DNA from: a virus
IMG/VR virus record: IMGVR_UViG_3300020005_000004
Span: 4,336-68,335 of that record
Length of the DNA: 64,000 bases
Reading direction: 5' to 3' (one strand)
The first letter of the stretch is position 1; each line of letters opens with the position of its first letter. Shown here piece by piece: positions 25,807 to 35,360 of this stretch. The translations under genes were made by a program, and so were the position numbers. The notes under the pieces were generated by a model. The model saw nothing but the letters and a program-made list of their open reading frames with translations. It made no database searches and was not told the origin of the DNA.

Positions 25807-26347
25807 ACAGAAGATAATAAAGGCTTTTGTTTACCAGGGTAAGTCTTACTTTATGTTTGACGATATTTTTTCCATCCCTTCAATTAGAGGGCTTCAGGCA
25901 TTGGATTATTACGAAGAATTTAACATGAGATGCACAAAGGATTATTTAGAAAAATGGACTGAATCTGCTGAAAAGATTTTAAGTGATAATAAGAAAATAA
26001 AACTGATTGACTTAGCGACTTTGGTTAAACACTTACAGGAGAGATTAAAAATGATTCCTGTTAGTGACCATATTTATAAAATAGCAAGTGTTATTTTTTT
26101 CGACCAAGATGAAAACCCGTATCACTTTGACAGGGAGTACAACAGAGAAAAGATTGAGAGATGGAAAAAAGACCCTAAAGTATTAAGTTTTTTTTTGCAG
26201 ACTCCTCTGAGAGACTTGATACCTTACTTAGATTCTCAAGGAGCAAGTTTACAAACTTATTCGGGAATAGTAAAAGAGTTGAACACGATACATTTTCGAG
26301 AAGTTTTAAAACACTTATCGCCGAAAGTCACGACAATAGATATGTAG
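25745..26347 (+). CDS. Putative tail assembly chaperone (gpG-like)
   Basis: Directly upstream of tape measure; contains slippery heptamers. Confidence 0.65.
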   Translation: MVERLKNLFRRPFKNLRLQDKQKIIKAFVYQGKSYFMFDDIFSIPSIRGLQALDYYEEFNMRCTKDYLEKWTESAEKILSDNKKIKLIDLATLVKHLQERLKMIPVSDHIYKIASVIFFDQDENPYHFDREYNREKIERWKKDPKVLSFFLQTPLRDLIPYLDSQGASLQTYSGIVKELNTIHFREVLKHLSPKVTTIDM

Positions 26348-26505
26348 AAATGGTTTGGTTAAGTGGCGATGATCCTATGAAGATTGAACATTTGGAGCGA
26401 ATGCCAATTATCGACTACTGGCATTTACTCAATAGAAAATATGCAGCTAATCAGAAAATGGCTGCTGAACTTCAAAAGTTGAAAAGTGGCAGAAATACTC
26501 GTTGA
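26179..26505 (+). CDS. -1 frame extension (gpT-like) of the tail chaperone
   Basis: Stop-free -1 frame from 26179 to TGA 26503-26505; T TTT TTT at 26188 and T TTA AAA at 26305. Confidence 0.6.
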   Translation, partial: SIKFFFADSSERLDTLLRFSRSKFTNLFGNSKRVEHDTFSRSFKTLIAESHDNRYVEMVWLSGDDPMKIEHLERMPIIDYWHLLNRKYAANQKMAAELQKLKSGRNTR

Positions 26506-29500
26506 GTTCATTGCGGACTTCACCAAATTAGAATCGGGGGTTGATAAGTTAGTAAATGATGGCACTATCTCAAAAGAGATGGGGGCTTTGTTCAATGATG
26601 CCGGAAAGTCTTTAGACCAATTCTCCAATAAGTTTGCCAATCTTCCAAAGAATATTGCCGACCCCTTACAAAAGATTTTAAAACCCGCATTAGATCAGGC
26701 AAAGAAAAACATCAATGCACTTTCAACGTCTGGAATAAAGGATTTAGGGGAACTTAAAAAACGGGTAGAAGGAATTACAAATTCATTTACTCAGGGTTTC
26801 GGAGAAGGTGTAAAAACCGCTTTAGATGAAGCAGGTATTTCGATGGAAGAGTTTAATAAGGAGCTTAAAAAACTTGTCGAAACTGAAGGGACTGTAAAAC
26901 AGGAATTAAGAGAAATCACGGAACAGCTTACCCAAATGAAGATTAGGGGTGAGGAGAATACCGTTCAATATCAGGAATTGGCAGCGAAGGCCGGACTTTA
27001 CAGGGATGCTTTAGGTGATGTCCAAAAGGAGATTAATAAAACCGCTTCAGATACTCGTAAACTTGACACAGCTATTGAGTTCATTCAAGGAATTGCCGGA
27101 GCTTTTGCGGTAATGCAGGGAGTGATAGCTTTGGCAGGGGAAGAAAGTGAAGAGTTCCAAAAGACATTGCTAAAAGTAAATGCGGCAATGTCCATTCTCG
27201 CAGGACTTCAGCAATTACAAAACTTACTTCAGAAAGAATCGAATATAATCAGGGCGGTTTCGCTTGTTCAACAAAGGGCGGGTATTGTAGCTACTAATCT
27301 TGAAACGGCTGCCCAATCAAAGAACGTAGTAATTAAAGGGGCTGCAATAGTCACACAACGTATTTTAAACGCTGTCATGGCTGCCAATCCTGCCCTTATA
27401 GTTGTTGCGGCTTTAGGAGCTTTAGCGGCTGCGTTGGTCTTCTTTACGGGTAAGACAAGGGATGCTGCAGATGTTACCGCAGAACTAAACAGGGAGTTGG
27501 AAAAGTCGGCTGATTTCGCAAACGAAAGTTTAGATATAATAGATCGCAGGACTAAGATTGAAGTTGAAAAAGCAAAACAAAGGGGTGCGGCTGAAACCGA
27601 AGTTCAAAAAATAATCAGCGATGGTTTAAAAACTCAGTCAAAGGAATTGGAGTTTTTTGCTAACGAGGCTGCGGCTACTGCTAAAGGTTTAAGCACTACT
27701 GTTTTTACTCAAACAGAAGGGCAGTTAAATTTAACTTCCAGGTTGTTTAATTCAGTCGCTGCGGCTGCCGAGAATCTTAATAACATAAAAGATTTTAAAG
27801 TAACTCAGGCGTTTAAAGATTTAAGCAAATCAGCGAAAGAATCGGTTAATCAGTTGGAACTTGCTACGAGTTCAGCTTTGAAATTTCAGCAACAAATAGC
27901 CGAGTTTAATGATAAGGTTGAATTAACGGGGTTAGAAGCACAAACGGCTGCGGCTGAGAAGGCAAGAGAAGCTGCTAAGAAAGCTGCTGAAGAAGCAAAG
28001 AAACGTGCCGAAGATGCTGCCAAAGCACAAGCTGAATTAATTCAAAGAGGTTTTGAAGATCAGATTGCAAAAGAAAAATTAAAACTGCTTCAGGTCGAAA
28101 AGGGTGGGCAGGATGAATTGAAAGTAAGGCAAGGTATTTTAAAAGCGGAATTACAATTAGCTCTTAACAATGATAAACTAACTTTCAATCAAAGGAAACT
28201 TTTAATTCAGCAATTCTTTGCAGACCAAAAAGAGTTATCTAAACAGCTTCAGGAGAATAATAAAAAACAGGCTTTAGAAGATCAGGCTTCTTTAATATCT
28301 GCACAACTTGCTGCACTTAATTTATCTTTTGACGAAAGGGAAAGATTAACTGTTGAACAATTAGAAATTGAACGGCAAATTCAACTTTCTGCGGTTGTAA
28401 ATAATAAGAGTAAAGAAAAAGAAATTAACGCAAAGTTTGATAAGGAAATAATTGAGCAAAGAAAATCAATTCGTCAGGCTGCTTTTGCTGAGGAATTGGC
28501 AGACTTACAAAGGAGTCAGTTTATTCGTAAGTCAGTTCTTCAAACAACAGCAGGAGATGAAACGGCGGATATTGACGAAAGAAAAAAGGCAGTTGCTGAA
28601 CTTTCAAGAATTGAATTAGATGCGATAACTCGTAGAAGGTTATTTAATCAGTCTCAGTTAAAAGCAGGATTAATTGATTTGGAAGAGTATAATAAAAATG
28701 CTCAGGATATTTCTAATGACGAATACACAGTTAAAGCAGGACTTGAAAAACAATATACCGATATTGTTAAATCAGAGTCAGAAAAAAGACTTGACCATTT
28801 AAAAGAAGTTATTGGTTCTATTGCGGGTTTTGCAAATCAGGCTATTGAATCATTGAGAGGTTTTTTAGATACTATTGCAGCAAATGAGGATAATCGAATT
28901 GCAGCCCAAAAAGATAGCTTACAAAGGCTAAGGGAAAACGGAATTGTATCTCAAAAAGAGTACGAGGCAAGGTTAAAAGTTATTGATCGTTTGGATAGGC
29001 AGACCAAACAGAAACAAGCAGAACGTGAAAAGGCTATAGCTTTATTCGATGCTTTTGTTAAAGGTGCTGCGGCTATTGTAGAGGCTGCGCCTAACCCTTT
29101 CCTTATAGCTGCAACATCCGTTTTAGTTGCCGCACAAATAGCCGCTATTGCTTCCAGACAAATACCTAAATTCGGCAAGGGTACAAAATCAGCTCCTAAA
29201 GGATTCGCTGAAGTAGGTGAAACCGGAACGGAGTTGATTCAAATGAACGGTAAATATTTTGTAGCCGATCACCCACAAGTTATTTGGATGAAAGGAGGTG
29301 AAAGGGTTTACAATCCAAATGAGACGAAAGATATTTTAACTCCACAGGCAAACATGACGGTTATAAATAATACAAATGGTCATTCTAAAGATTTACAAAT
29401 AGATTACGATAAGATGGCTAAAAAGTTCGGCGATGAAATAGCCAAGCATCCAAGAAGTCTAACAAACTTTGATGCAGAAGGGGTTTCTCATTTCTTAATT

Positions 29501-29548
29501 GAGGGGCTCAATAAATCCAAGTACCTAAACAACCGATTTAGATTTTGA
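26486..29548 (+). CDS. Tape measure protein
   Basis: 1020 aa helical, Ala/Gln/Glu-rich; AQIAAI...PKF.KG and VGE.G.E C-terminal motifs. Confidence 0.88.
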   Translation: MAEILVEFIADFTKLESGVDKLVNDGTISKEMGALFNDAGKSLDQFSNKFANLPKNIADPLQKILKPALDQAKKNINALSTSGIKDLGELKKRVEGITNSFTQGFGEGVKTALDEAGISMEEFNKELKKLVETEGTVKQELREITEQLTQMKIRGEENTVQYQELAAKAGLYRDALGDVQKEINKTASDTRKLDTAIEFIQGIAGAFAVMQGVIALAGEESEEFQKTLLKVNAAMSILAGLQQLQNLLQKESNIIRAVSLVQQRAGIVATNLETAAQSKNVVIKGAAIVTQRILNAVMAANPALIVVAALGALAAALVFFTGKTRDAADVTAELNRELEKSADFANESLDIIDRRTKIEVEKAKQRGAAETEVQKIISDGLKTQSKELEFFANEAAATAKGLSTTVFTQTEGQLNLTSRLFNSVAAAAENLNNIKDFKVTQAFKDLSKSAKESVNQLELATSSALKFQQQIAEFNDKVELTGLEAQTAAAEKAREAAKKAAEEAKKRAEDAAKAQAELIQRGFEDQIAKEKLKLLQVEKGGQDELKVRQGILKAELQLALNNDKLTFNQRKLLIQQFFADQKELSKQLQENNKKQALEDQASLISAQLAALNLSFDERERLTVEQLEIERQIQLSAVVNNKSKEKEINAKFDKEIIEQRKSIRQAAFAEELADLQRSQFIRKSVLQTTAGDETADIDERKKAVAELSRIELDAITRRRLFNQSQLKAGLIDLEEYNKNAQDISNDEYTVKAGLEKQYTDIVKSESEKRLDHLKEVIGSIAGFANQAIESLRGFLDTIAANEDNRIAAQKDSLQRLRENGIVSQKEYEARLKVIDRLDRQTKQKQAEREKAIALFDAFVKGAAAIVEAAPNPFLIAATSVLVAAQIAAIASRQIPKFGKGTKSAPKGFAEVGETGTELIQMNGKYFVADHPQVIWMKGGERVYNPNETKDILTPQANMTVINNTNGHSKDLQIDYDKMAKKFGDEIAKHPRSLTNFDAEGVSHFLIEGLNKSKYLNNRFRF

Positions 29549-31758
29549 TTGATTGGAGTTTTATATTAAATCCCGATACTGATAATTTAGAGATCGACGA
29601 GCCAATAGGATGGGCTGATATTGCTTTTGAGATCATCAGGGATAAACGTTTTCACGGGGTTTCTATTGGTTACTCACTTTCTGAAATTAAATTAGTTGGG
29701 GCAGGTGCTATTTTTCTTAAAACACAATACGAATTAACCGGGACTGATACCGATGTTAAAATAAGGATTTCGGCTATATGCGATAACGAAGTACAGGACA
29801 CAGAAGATTTTCAGTTAGACTTTAATCGGTACAAAGAAAAATGCGGTGATGAATGTTCTGTTTCCATAGGGATTGAAGATATTTCTTGTTTTACTTTATT
29901 CAATAACAATTTCGATAAGAAAGTTGACCTTTTAAGTGATGTTGCTTTTGACCAAGTAACCCCTTTGGCTGAATACGAAGGATTAGAAAAAGATGTTACT
30001 ATTCCAGGTAAGGCTTTAAGATTTAGAAACCATGCAACGACTACACAAGTAACAGAAAACATTGCCGACCCTCCTTATTTCAATGACGGGGATGACATAC
30101 AAAGCGATACGGCTATCCTTCCTGCCTTCCAAAATACGGTGGAATCTTCTTTGGGAACTTTTAATCCAAGCCCTATAATTGACGCTGTGGCGCATGACGA
30201 TGCGTTAACTTATCCTCCTTATTTGGATTGGTCACCATTAGTAAATACGGCTAACCTTTTCGGAAATATTCATTGCGATATTAGTGATATAAATTTCAGC
30301 TTCAGGCTTAAAGGGAACCTTGACACGGTACTTCCTGCTACCTTCGGGATGTATATTAGGGTAGACAGGCTTCCTGCGGGCGGTGATGCAACCGTCCCGG
30401 GTGATTGGGTTAGAGAATACGAATTAAGCATAGTGAATGTTTTCGGTGGAACGATTGCAAGTTGGGACGAAGAACATACTATCCCGATGAGCATTGAAGA
30501 AGGTGATTTAATTTATTTATACTACGAGTTCGTTACTACTGATCATATTGATGATTTACTTTTTACAAATGACGCTGAATCTTATTTCACTTTAGAAGTT
30601 AAAACTCTTTGCGATCCTTCAGTTTCTAAAATGTTTCTTGTTCATGAAACGCTTTCAAGAATGGCAGAATCAAACACTAATAACTGCCTGACTTTAAAAA
30701 GCGAATATTTCGGACGAACGGATAGCGAACCGACTTCTTATCCTGTTAACGGCTGTGGGGGCTTTGAGGCCTTAACGTCAGGCTTATTTATAAGACGGGC
30801 AGAGAATCCAACTTTCTTTTTGAGCATGAAAGATGCGCTTACAGGGCTTCAGGCGATACATAATATCGGGTTTGGATTGGAAAGGGAAGGAACTGATGAA
30901 CTTTTAAGGGTTGAAAAGGTTGACCATTTTTATCAGGACGTTCAGTTAATGGATTGCTCAGATTTGGACGTACAAACTAAATCAGTAGTTCCTGATGAAA
31001 TACCCGGAATCATTTTAGGCGGGTACGAAAAATGGGAAGTCGAGAACGTGAACGGGTTAGATGAATTTAATTCTAAAAGAGAATACCGATTAACAATTAA
31101 AAACGCAAAAGGCACACTTGATTATAGATGCAAATTTATTGCCGGTGGCTACGCTATTGAGCTGACGAGGTTACAGTCGTTTGCAGATACCGGAGCCGCC
31201 GACACTAAATATGACAATGAAACTTTTATTCTTTGCCTCGAGCAGGACGTTTACGGATATACTTATCCTTATGTTTACGGCGGTTACAGGGTAGAACAAG
31301 GTGGAATAACTGATTCGGCGAATATGTTCGATCCAGATACTGTCATAAACTTTAGAATTTCTCCTATAAGGAACATGATGCGTTTAGCTAAGTTATTCAT
31401 GGGTGCTTATAGAGATTACACAGGACTTGACAGTAAAATAATTTTAAGTTCAGGTGATGGGAATTTACTCGCTGAAGGTTGGTTAAGTTTAGATGATTGC
31501 ACTCCCGAAAATCAGGCAATAAGTGAAAGCGATGAAATTAAGGAAGATATTTACGCAAGAGTTGAAGATGTTATACCAATAATACGTCCTGAAAGTATTA
31601 TTTTTGAATATCCAATGAGCCTTTCCGACTTCAAACGGATAAAGGCTAATCCATACGGTTTTATTAATCATTGTGACGGTACTGGGTACATTTCAAAGAT
31701 TATTTACAAACCGAATGACGGAAAAGCAAGTTTCGAACTGAGAAATAAATATGATTGA
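29545..31758 (+). CDS. Tail tip/hub protein
   Basis: EP.GW N-terminal motif; follows tape measure. Confidence 0.65.
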   Translation: MIDWSFILNPDTDNLEIDEPIGWADIAFEIIRDKRFHGVSIGYSLSEIKLVGAGAIFLKTQYELTGTDTDVKIRISAICDNEVQDTEDFQLDFNRYKEKCGDECSVSIGIEDISCFTLFNNNFDKKVDLLSDVAFDQVTPLAEYEGLEKDVTIPGKALRFRNHATTTQVTENIADPPYFNDGDDIQSDTAILPAFQNTVESSLGTFNPSPIIDAVAHDDALTYPPYLDWSPLVNTANLFGNIHCDISDINFSFRLKGNLDTVLPATFGMYIRVDRLPAGGDATVPGDWVREYELSIVNVFGGTIASWDEEHTIPMSIEEGDLIYLYYEFVTTDHIDDLLFTNDAESYFTLEVKTLCDPSVSKMFLVHETLSRMAESNTNNCLTLKSEYFGRTDSEPTSYPVNGCGGFEALTSGLFIRRAENPTFFLSMKDALTGLQAIHNIGFGLEREGTDELLRVEKVDHFYQDVQLMDCSDLDVQTKSVVPDEIPGIILGGYEKWEVENVNGLDEFNSKREYRLTIKNAKGTLDYRCKFIAGGYAIELTRLQSFADTGAADTKYDNETFILCLEQDVYGYTYPYVYGGYRVEQGGITDSANMFDPDTVINFRISPIRNMMRLAKLFMGAYRDYTGLDSKIILSSGDGNLLAEGWLSLDDCTPENQAISESDEIKEDIYARVEDVIPIIRPESIIFEYPMSLSDFKRIKANPYGFINHCDGTGYISKIIYKPNDGKASFELRNKYD

Positions 31759-32527
31759 CATTAGAAGTCCGAGGTTCTCATTTGTTCAGCTTGCTACGGC
31801 TGCTTATGGATACGTCCCTGAGACTTACGATACTTGTAATTTCCCTAACGTTCAATTTTGTTTACCTGTTTACGCTTATGACGATATAGCGTTTATGTTC
31901 ATTTTACAAGGAACAGAGGAAGAAGCTGACGAGCTTTGTTTATTAGATAATCCGGTTGATAAAGTCAAGGTTGGTTTATTCAGAACCTGTGGAGAAGATT
32001 TTGACGTAGATTTTTCAGATGCTGCACTTTATGCTCAGAGAGTAAGAATTTCACCTACACAAGTTTTATACAAATGGCCTCACGGATTCCCTGGTTTTGA
32101 TAGCGAGTATGGAATAGGAGAATGTTTTTATTTGGGTGTAATAGTTCAAATGAACGAAGCCCCTGTTAGTGCTTGTTCAAATTGTTTTCAAAGAATAGGA
32201 GAAGATTGTTATACTTCTCTTTTAGAATACGGATCAGAGCAAAATATTTTCGGATTTAATTACTGTGATGGTGGCGTAGAAGATGAAGAAGCAGAAATTT
32301 GCGCCGACCCTACTATAATTGAGTTCACAGATGCTTTGACTTTAAATATCCCTTATACAGTTTCAATGAGCGAGAAATACGGTCAGGTTCCTACCGTTGA
32401 GATTTGGATTTGGGACGGGTCACAGTATGTTAAACCATTTATTCAAGCCGGATTCGATGCTTACCCACCGACTGCTATCATAGCAGATTTGGGTGGCGCA
32501 GCAACCGGATTTATTAAAATATCGTAA
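31751..32527 (+). CDS. Cys-rich tail protein
   Basis: Tail module position; C-terminal domain duplicated at 25045. Confidence 0.6.
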   Translation: MIDIRSPRFSFVQLATAAYGYVPETYDTCNFPNVQFCLPVYAYDDIAFMFILQGTEEEADELCLLDNPVDKVKVGLFRTCGEDFDVDFSDAALYAQRVRISPTQVLYKWPHGFPGFDSEYGIGECFYLGVIVQMNEAPVSACSNCFQRIGEDCYTSLLEYGSEQNIFGFNYCDGGVEDEEAEICADPTIIEFTDALTLNIPYTVSMSEKYGQVPTVEIWIWDGSQYVKPFIQAGFDAYPPTAIIADLGGAATGFIKIS

Positions 32528-32538
32528 AACTTAAAATT

Positions 32539-33225
32539 ATGGGAGCAAGAAACGTTGATGAAGAAACAATAAGAAGGTGGATTTCAGAAAACGGGGGTTC
32601 TCCCGGAGGTTCATCATATTTGCCTTTAGACTTAACAGATGACGTAACTCAAATTACCAATACCGCAGATGCTTCATTAGAAGAATTGCTATCTATTACA
32701 GAAGGGTTTGTTGGTTTTAGAACAGGAGATTTTGATTCATCTCATTTAAACGGTGGTTGTTTTGAATCGAATAATAACGGATGGGAGTTATCTGTTTCCG
32801 ATGCAATACATAGAAGCGATGGGGATAAATCTGCTATTTTAAGGGCTTGGATTTGGAGTCTTGTTAGTGAGGTAATAAGCAACACTTACGGAACGGCTGC
32901 TGATTTTCAACTAACCGCAGAAATAGACCCGAATACATTTTTAGGGGCATACGCTGGCAACCAAGGGGATTATGGCGCACAATCAATTAACATAGTTCAA
33001 AGTAATGTTCCACAATCAGAAATGAGTGCGTATGATTTAGTTAATCAGTCAGAGCTTCATGTTTTTGCAGATAAGGTTATAGCAACATTCGCAGAAAAGA
33101 ACGGAGACCCTGATGCAACAGATATCCCAGATGGTTTTTATGGGGTTTATAAAAACACAAGCGGCGGTGCAATTAAACTATGGGTGAATGATGGTGGCAG
33201 TTTTAAATCGGTTGCACTTACATAA
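32539..33225 (+). CDS. Putative tail fibre/spike protein
   Basis: C-terminal KNTSGG..KLWVNDGG....V.L motif. Confidence 0.6.
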   Translation: MGARNVDEETIRRWISENGGSPGGSSYLPLDLTDDVTQITNTADASLEELLSITEGFVGFRTGDFDSSHLNGGCFESNNNGWELSVSDAIHRSDGDKSAILRAWIWSLVSEVISNTYGTAADFQLTAEIDPNTFLGAYAGNQGDYGAQSINIVQSNVPQSEMSAYDLVNQSELHVFADKVIATFAEKNGDPDATDIPDGFYGVYKNTSGGAIKLWVNDGGSFKSVALT

Positions 33226-33269
33226 TTATAAAAATAAAAATTACAAATGATGGGAACAAAAAATAAAAT

Positions 33270-34505
33270 ATGCTAAACAGAGTTCGTTTACCGTTCTACC
33301 TTTCGAAGCCGCAATATCCGGCAGAGGAAGATATTTATCTAAAGGGTAACGGGCGAAGAGTTGTTTTAAAGTCAATCGTGAGTAAAGTAATGGACGGGAG
33401 GACGGATTATATGCCTTACAAATTACACGAAAGACTAACGATTGCACTCAGGCATGACGAAGTAAATGTTGAAGGGGAAAATTTTGTTGGCTCAATAAGA
33501 ATGTCGGGAGCTTATGATATTGCATGGCAGGAGTTTTTGGATTATCCTGTTGCTCCTGCTAACTTTAAAGCATTTGAAGAAGAATTTGTTGCACGTTCTA
33601 ATAAGTGCGATATATGCGAACCTGCGGGTAATTTGACTTTAGAAAATGATTCATTTGAAGAAAATATTATCGAAGGAACAGAAAACGAAATTAACGTAGC
33701 CGAGAACGATGATATTTGTTGTGATAGCCCTGTTTTCTCTATTGAAAGTTTCGATACCGATTACATTGATACGATAGGTATTACTCAACTTGGAGTGGTT
33801 ACATTAACGCTTAAAACTCCGTTAGATTCTGCGCCTGATAAATTACTGTTTACTTATAAGGTTGTTTGCGGAAATGGTCAAGAGGCTACGGCAGATGTTT
33901 ACGGAACGGTAGAAGGAAGTAATACTCCTTTGTGCGAAGCTCCTTTAAGTGTGGGATTGAATGTTGTTGACCCTTCTGATAATCCTGCGGAAATTCATGC
34001 AGTCTGGATTGAGCCTTCAGGCGGTGCGCCTACGGACGGTTACTACTGGCAATTATTAAATGAAGCAGGTGACACGGTAATAAGTTTCGGCAGTACGACG
34101 GATTTATTTGTAAACATAAATTCTCTGGATTGCGATACTACTTATAGATTCAGAGTAAGATCGGTTTGTGATGATTCTTTAGGAGATTTCAGTTCATGGG
34201 TAGAAGATGAGGTAACAACAACGTGTGAAGAAACTAAAAATATTTTCTTAGTAAACGAAACAGGCGGGGCTGTTCAAGTTGATGTCGATGGGGTTAATTG
34301 GAATTTCGCAACCGGAGTGAATGGAAATATGGAAATTTTCCCTAACTCGGTTTGGAAAAATGAATCCGGTTCGACTTTGAAATTTAGATTCCTTCAATCA
34401 ATGCCAAGTACTTTAATAACAGAACAAGTATTAGCAAACAATGCGACTTATGTTTTACCGGCTGATGTTTCACTTTATAATTACGTTAGAGTATCAATAC
34501 CATGA
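33270..34505 (+). CDS. Tail protein with Ig-like/fibronectin type III domains
   Basis: W..P...Y...L...TTYRFRVRSVC...S.W. Confidence 0.75.
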   Translation: MLNRVRLPFYLSKPQYPAEEDIYLKGNGRRVVLKSIVSKVMDGRTDYMPYKLHERLTIALRHDEVNVEGENFVGSIRMSGAYDIAWQEFLDYPVAPANFKAFEEEFVARSNKCDICEPAGNLTLENDSFEENIIEGTENEINVAENDDICCDSPVFSIESFDTDYIDTIGITQLGVVTLTLKTPLDSAPDKLLFTYKVVCGNGQEATADVYGTVEGSNTPLCEAPLSVGLNVVDPSDNPAEIHAVWIEPSGGAPTDGYYWQLLNEAGDTVISFGSTTDLFVNINSLDCDTTYRFRVRSVCDDSLGDFSSWVEDEVTTTCEETKNIFLVNETGGAVQVDVDGVNWNFATGVNGNMEIFPNSVWKNESGSTLKFRFLQSMPSTLITEQVLANNATYVLPADVSLYNYVRVSIP

Positions 34506-35359
34506 CAGGAATATTAATCATAGCAACCAAACACCCATATTATGGTAGAATGGCATATAACCTTGCTGCCTCTATTAAAGCTGCAAATAAAGAATGTCCT
34601 GTTTGTATTTTGCATTCAGGAAGAGGACTTGCTCACCTCTCAGAGTATCAGAAAGAAATATTCGATACGATTATTGAGATCAAAGAGAACGATATGGGGG
34701 TCGGAACTAAGCTCTTGGCAATTGACTATACTCCGTATGAAAATACATTAATGATAGATGCTGATAACCTTTGGTTTCAAAAAAGAAGTCCTGAACAACT
34801 TTTTAAAGAGTTGGAGGACGTAGATTTTTCAGCTATAAGTGAAGGATATATTGATTTCAGTACAGGTCACAATGAACTAAGAACGGATTACTTCATGTGG
34901 GCAAATATTGACGAACAGAAAAACGCTTATAATCTTACGGGTAAACTTTATCAATTCAGGTCTGAGGTAATGTGGTTCAAAAAAACCGAAAGGATAATTG
35001 AGATGTTTAACAAGGCTAAAGAGATTTTCCACGATCCCAAAATTGAGTTTATGAAATTCGGCGGGGTGATGCCGGATGAACTTCCTTTAAATATTGCTTG
35101 TTCTATTTATGGAATAGTTCCTCATTCGTATAAATGGCAACCATGTTTTTGGGACAGGATACACAAGAACGAATCTAAAAAGGATTCAGGTCTTTACGAG
35201 AAATTTTGGTTAATGAGTACGGGAGGAAATTCGGTAACGGCTTATTGTGTAAAATTATACAACAGGTTAGCGGGAGCTGCTTGTTATAAATTAGGGCTGC
35301 AATTTTTATTTACCTTACAGCCAAAAAAAAGAGTAATTGAAGAAAGAAAAATAATGTAA
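34502..35359 (+). CDS. GT-A fold glycosyltransferase-like protein adjacent to portal
   Basis: A.NLA.SI, K......TPYE.TL.IDAD, DE. Confidence 0.75.
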   Translation: MTGILIIATKHPYYGRMAYNLAASIKAANKECPVCILHSGRGLAHLSEYQKEIFDTIIEIKENDMGVGTKLLAIDYTPYENTLMIDADNLWFQKRSPEQLFKELEDVDFSAISEGYIDFSTGHNELRTDYFMWANIDEQKNAYNLTGKLYQFRSEVMWFKKTERIIEMFNKAKEIFHDPKIEFMKFGGVMPDELPLNIACSIYGIVPHSYKWQPCFWDRIHKNESKKDSGLYEKFWLMSTGGNSVTAYCVKLYNRLAGAACYKLGLQFLFTLQPKKRVIEERKIM

Positions 35360-35360
35360 A

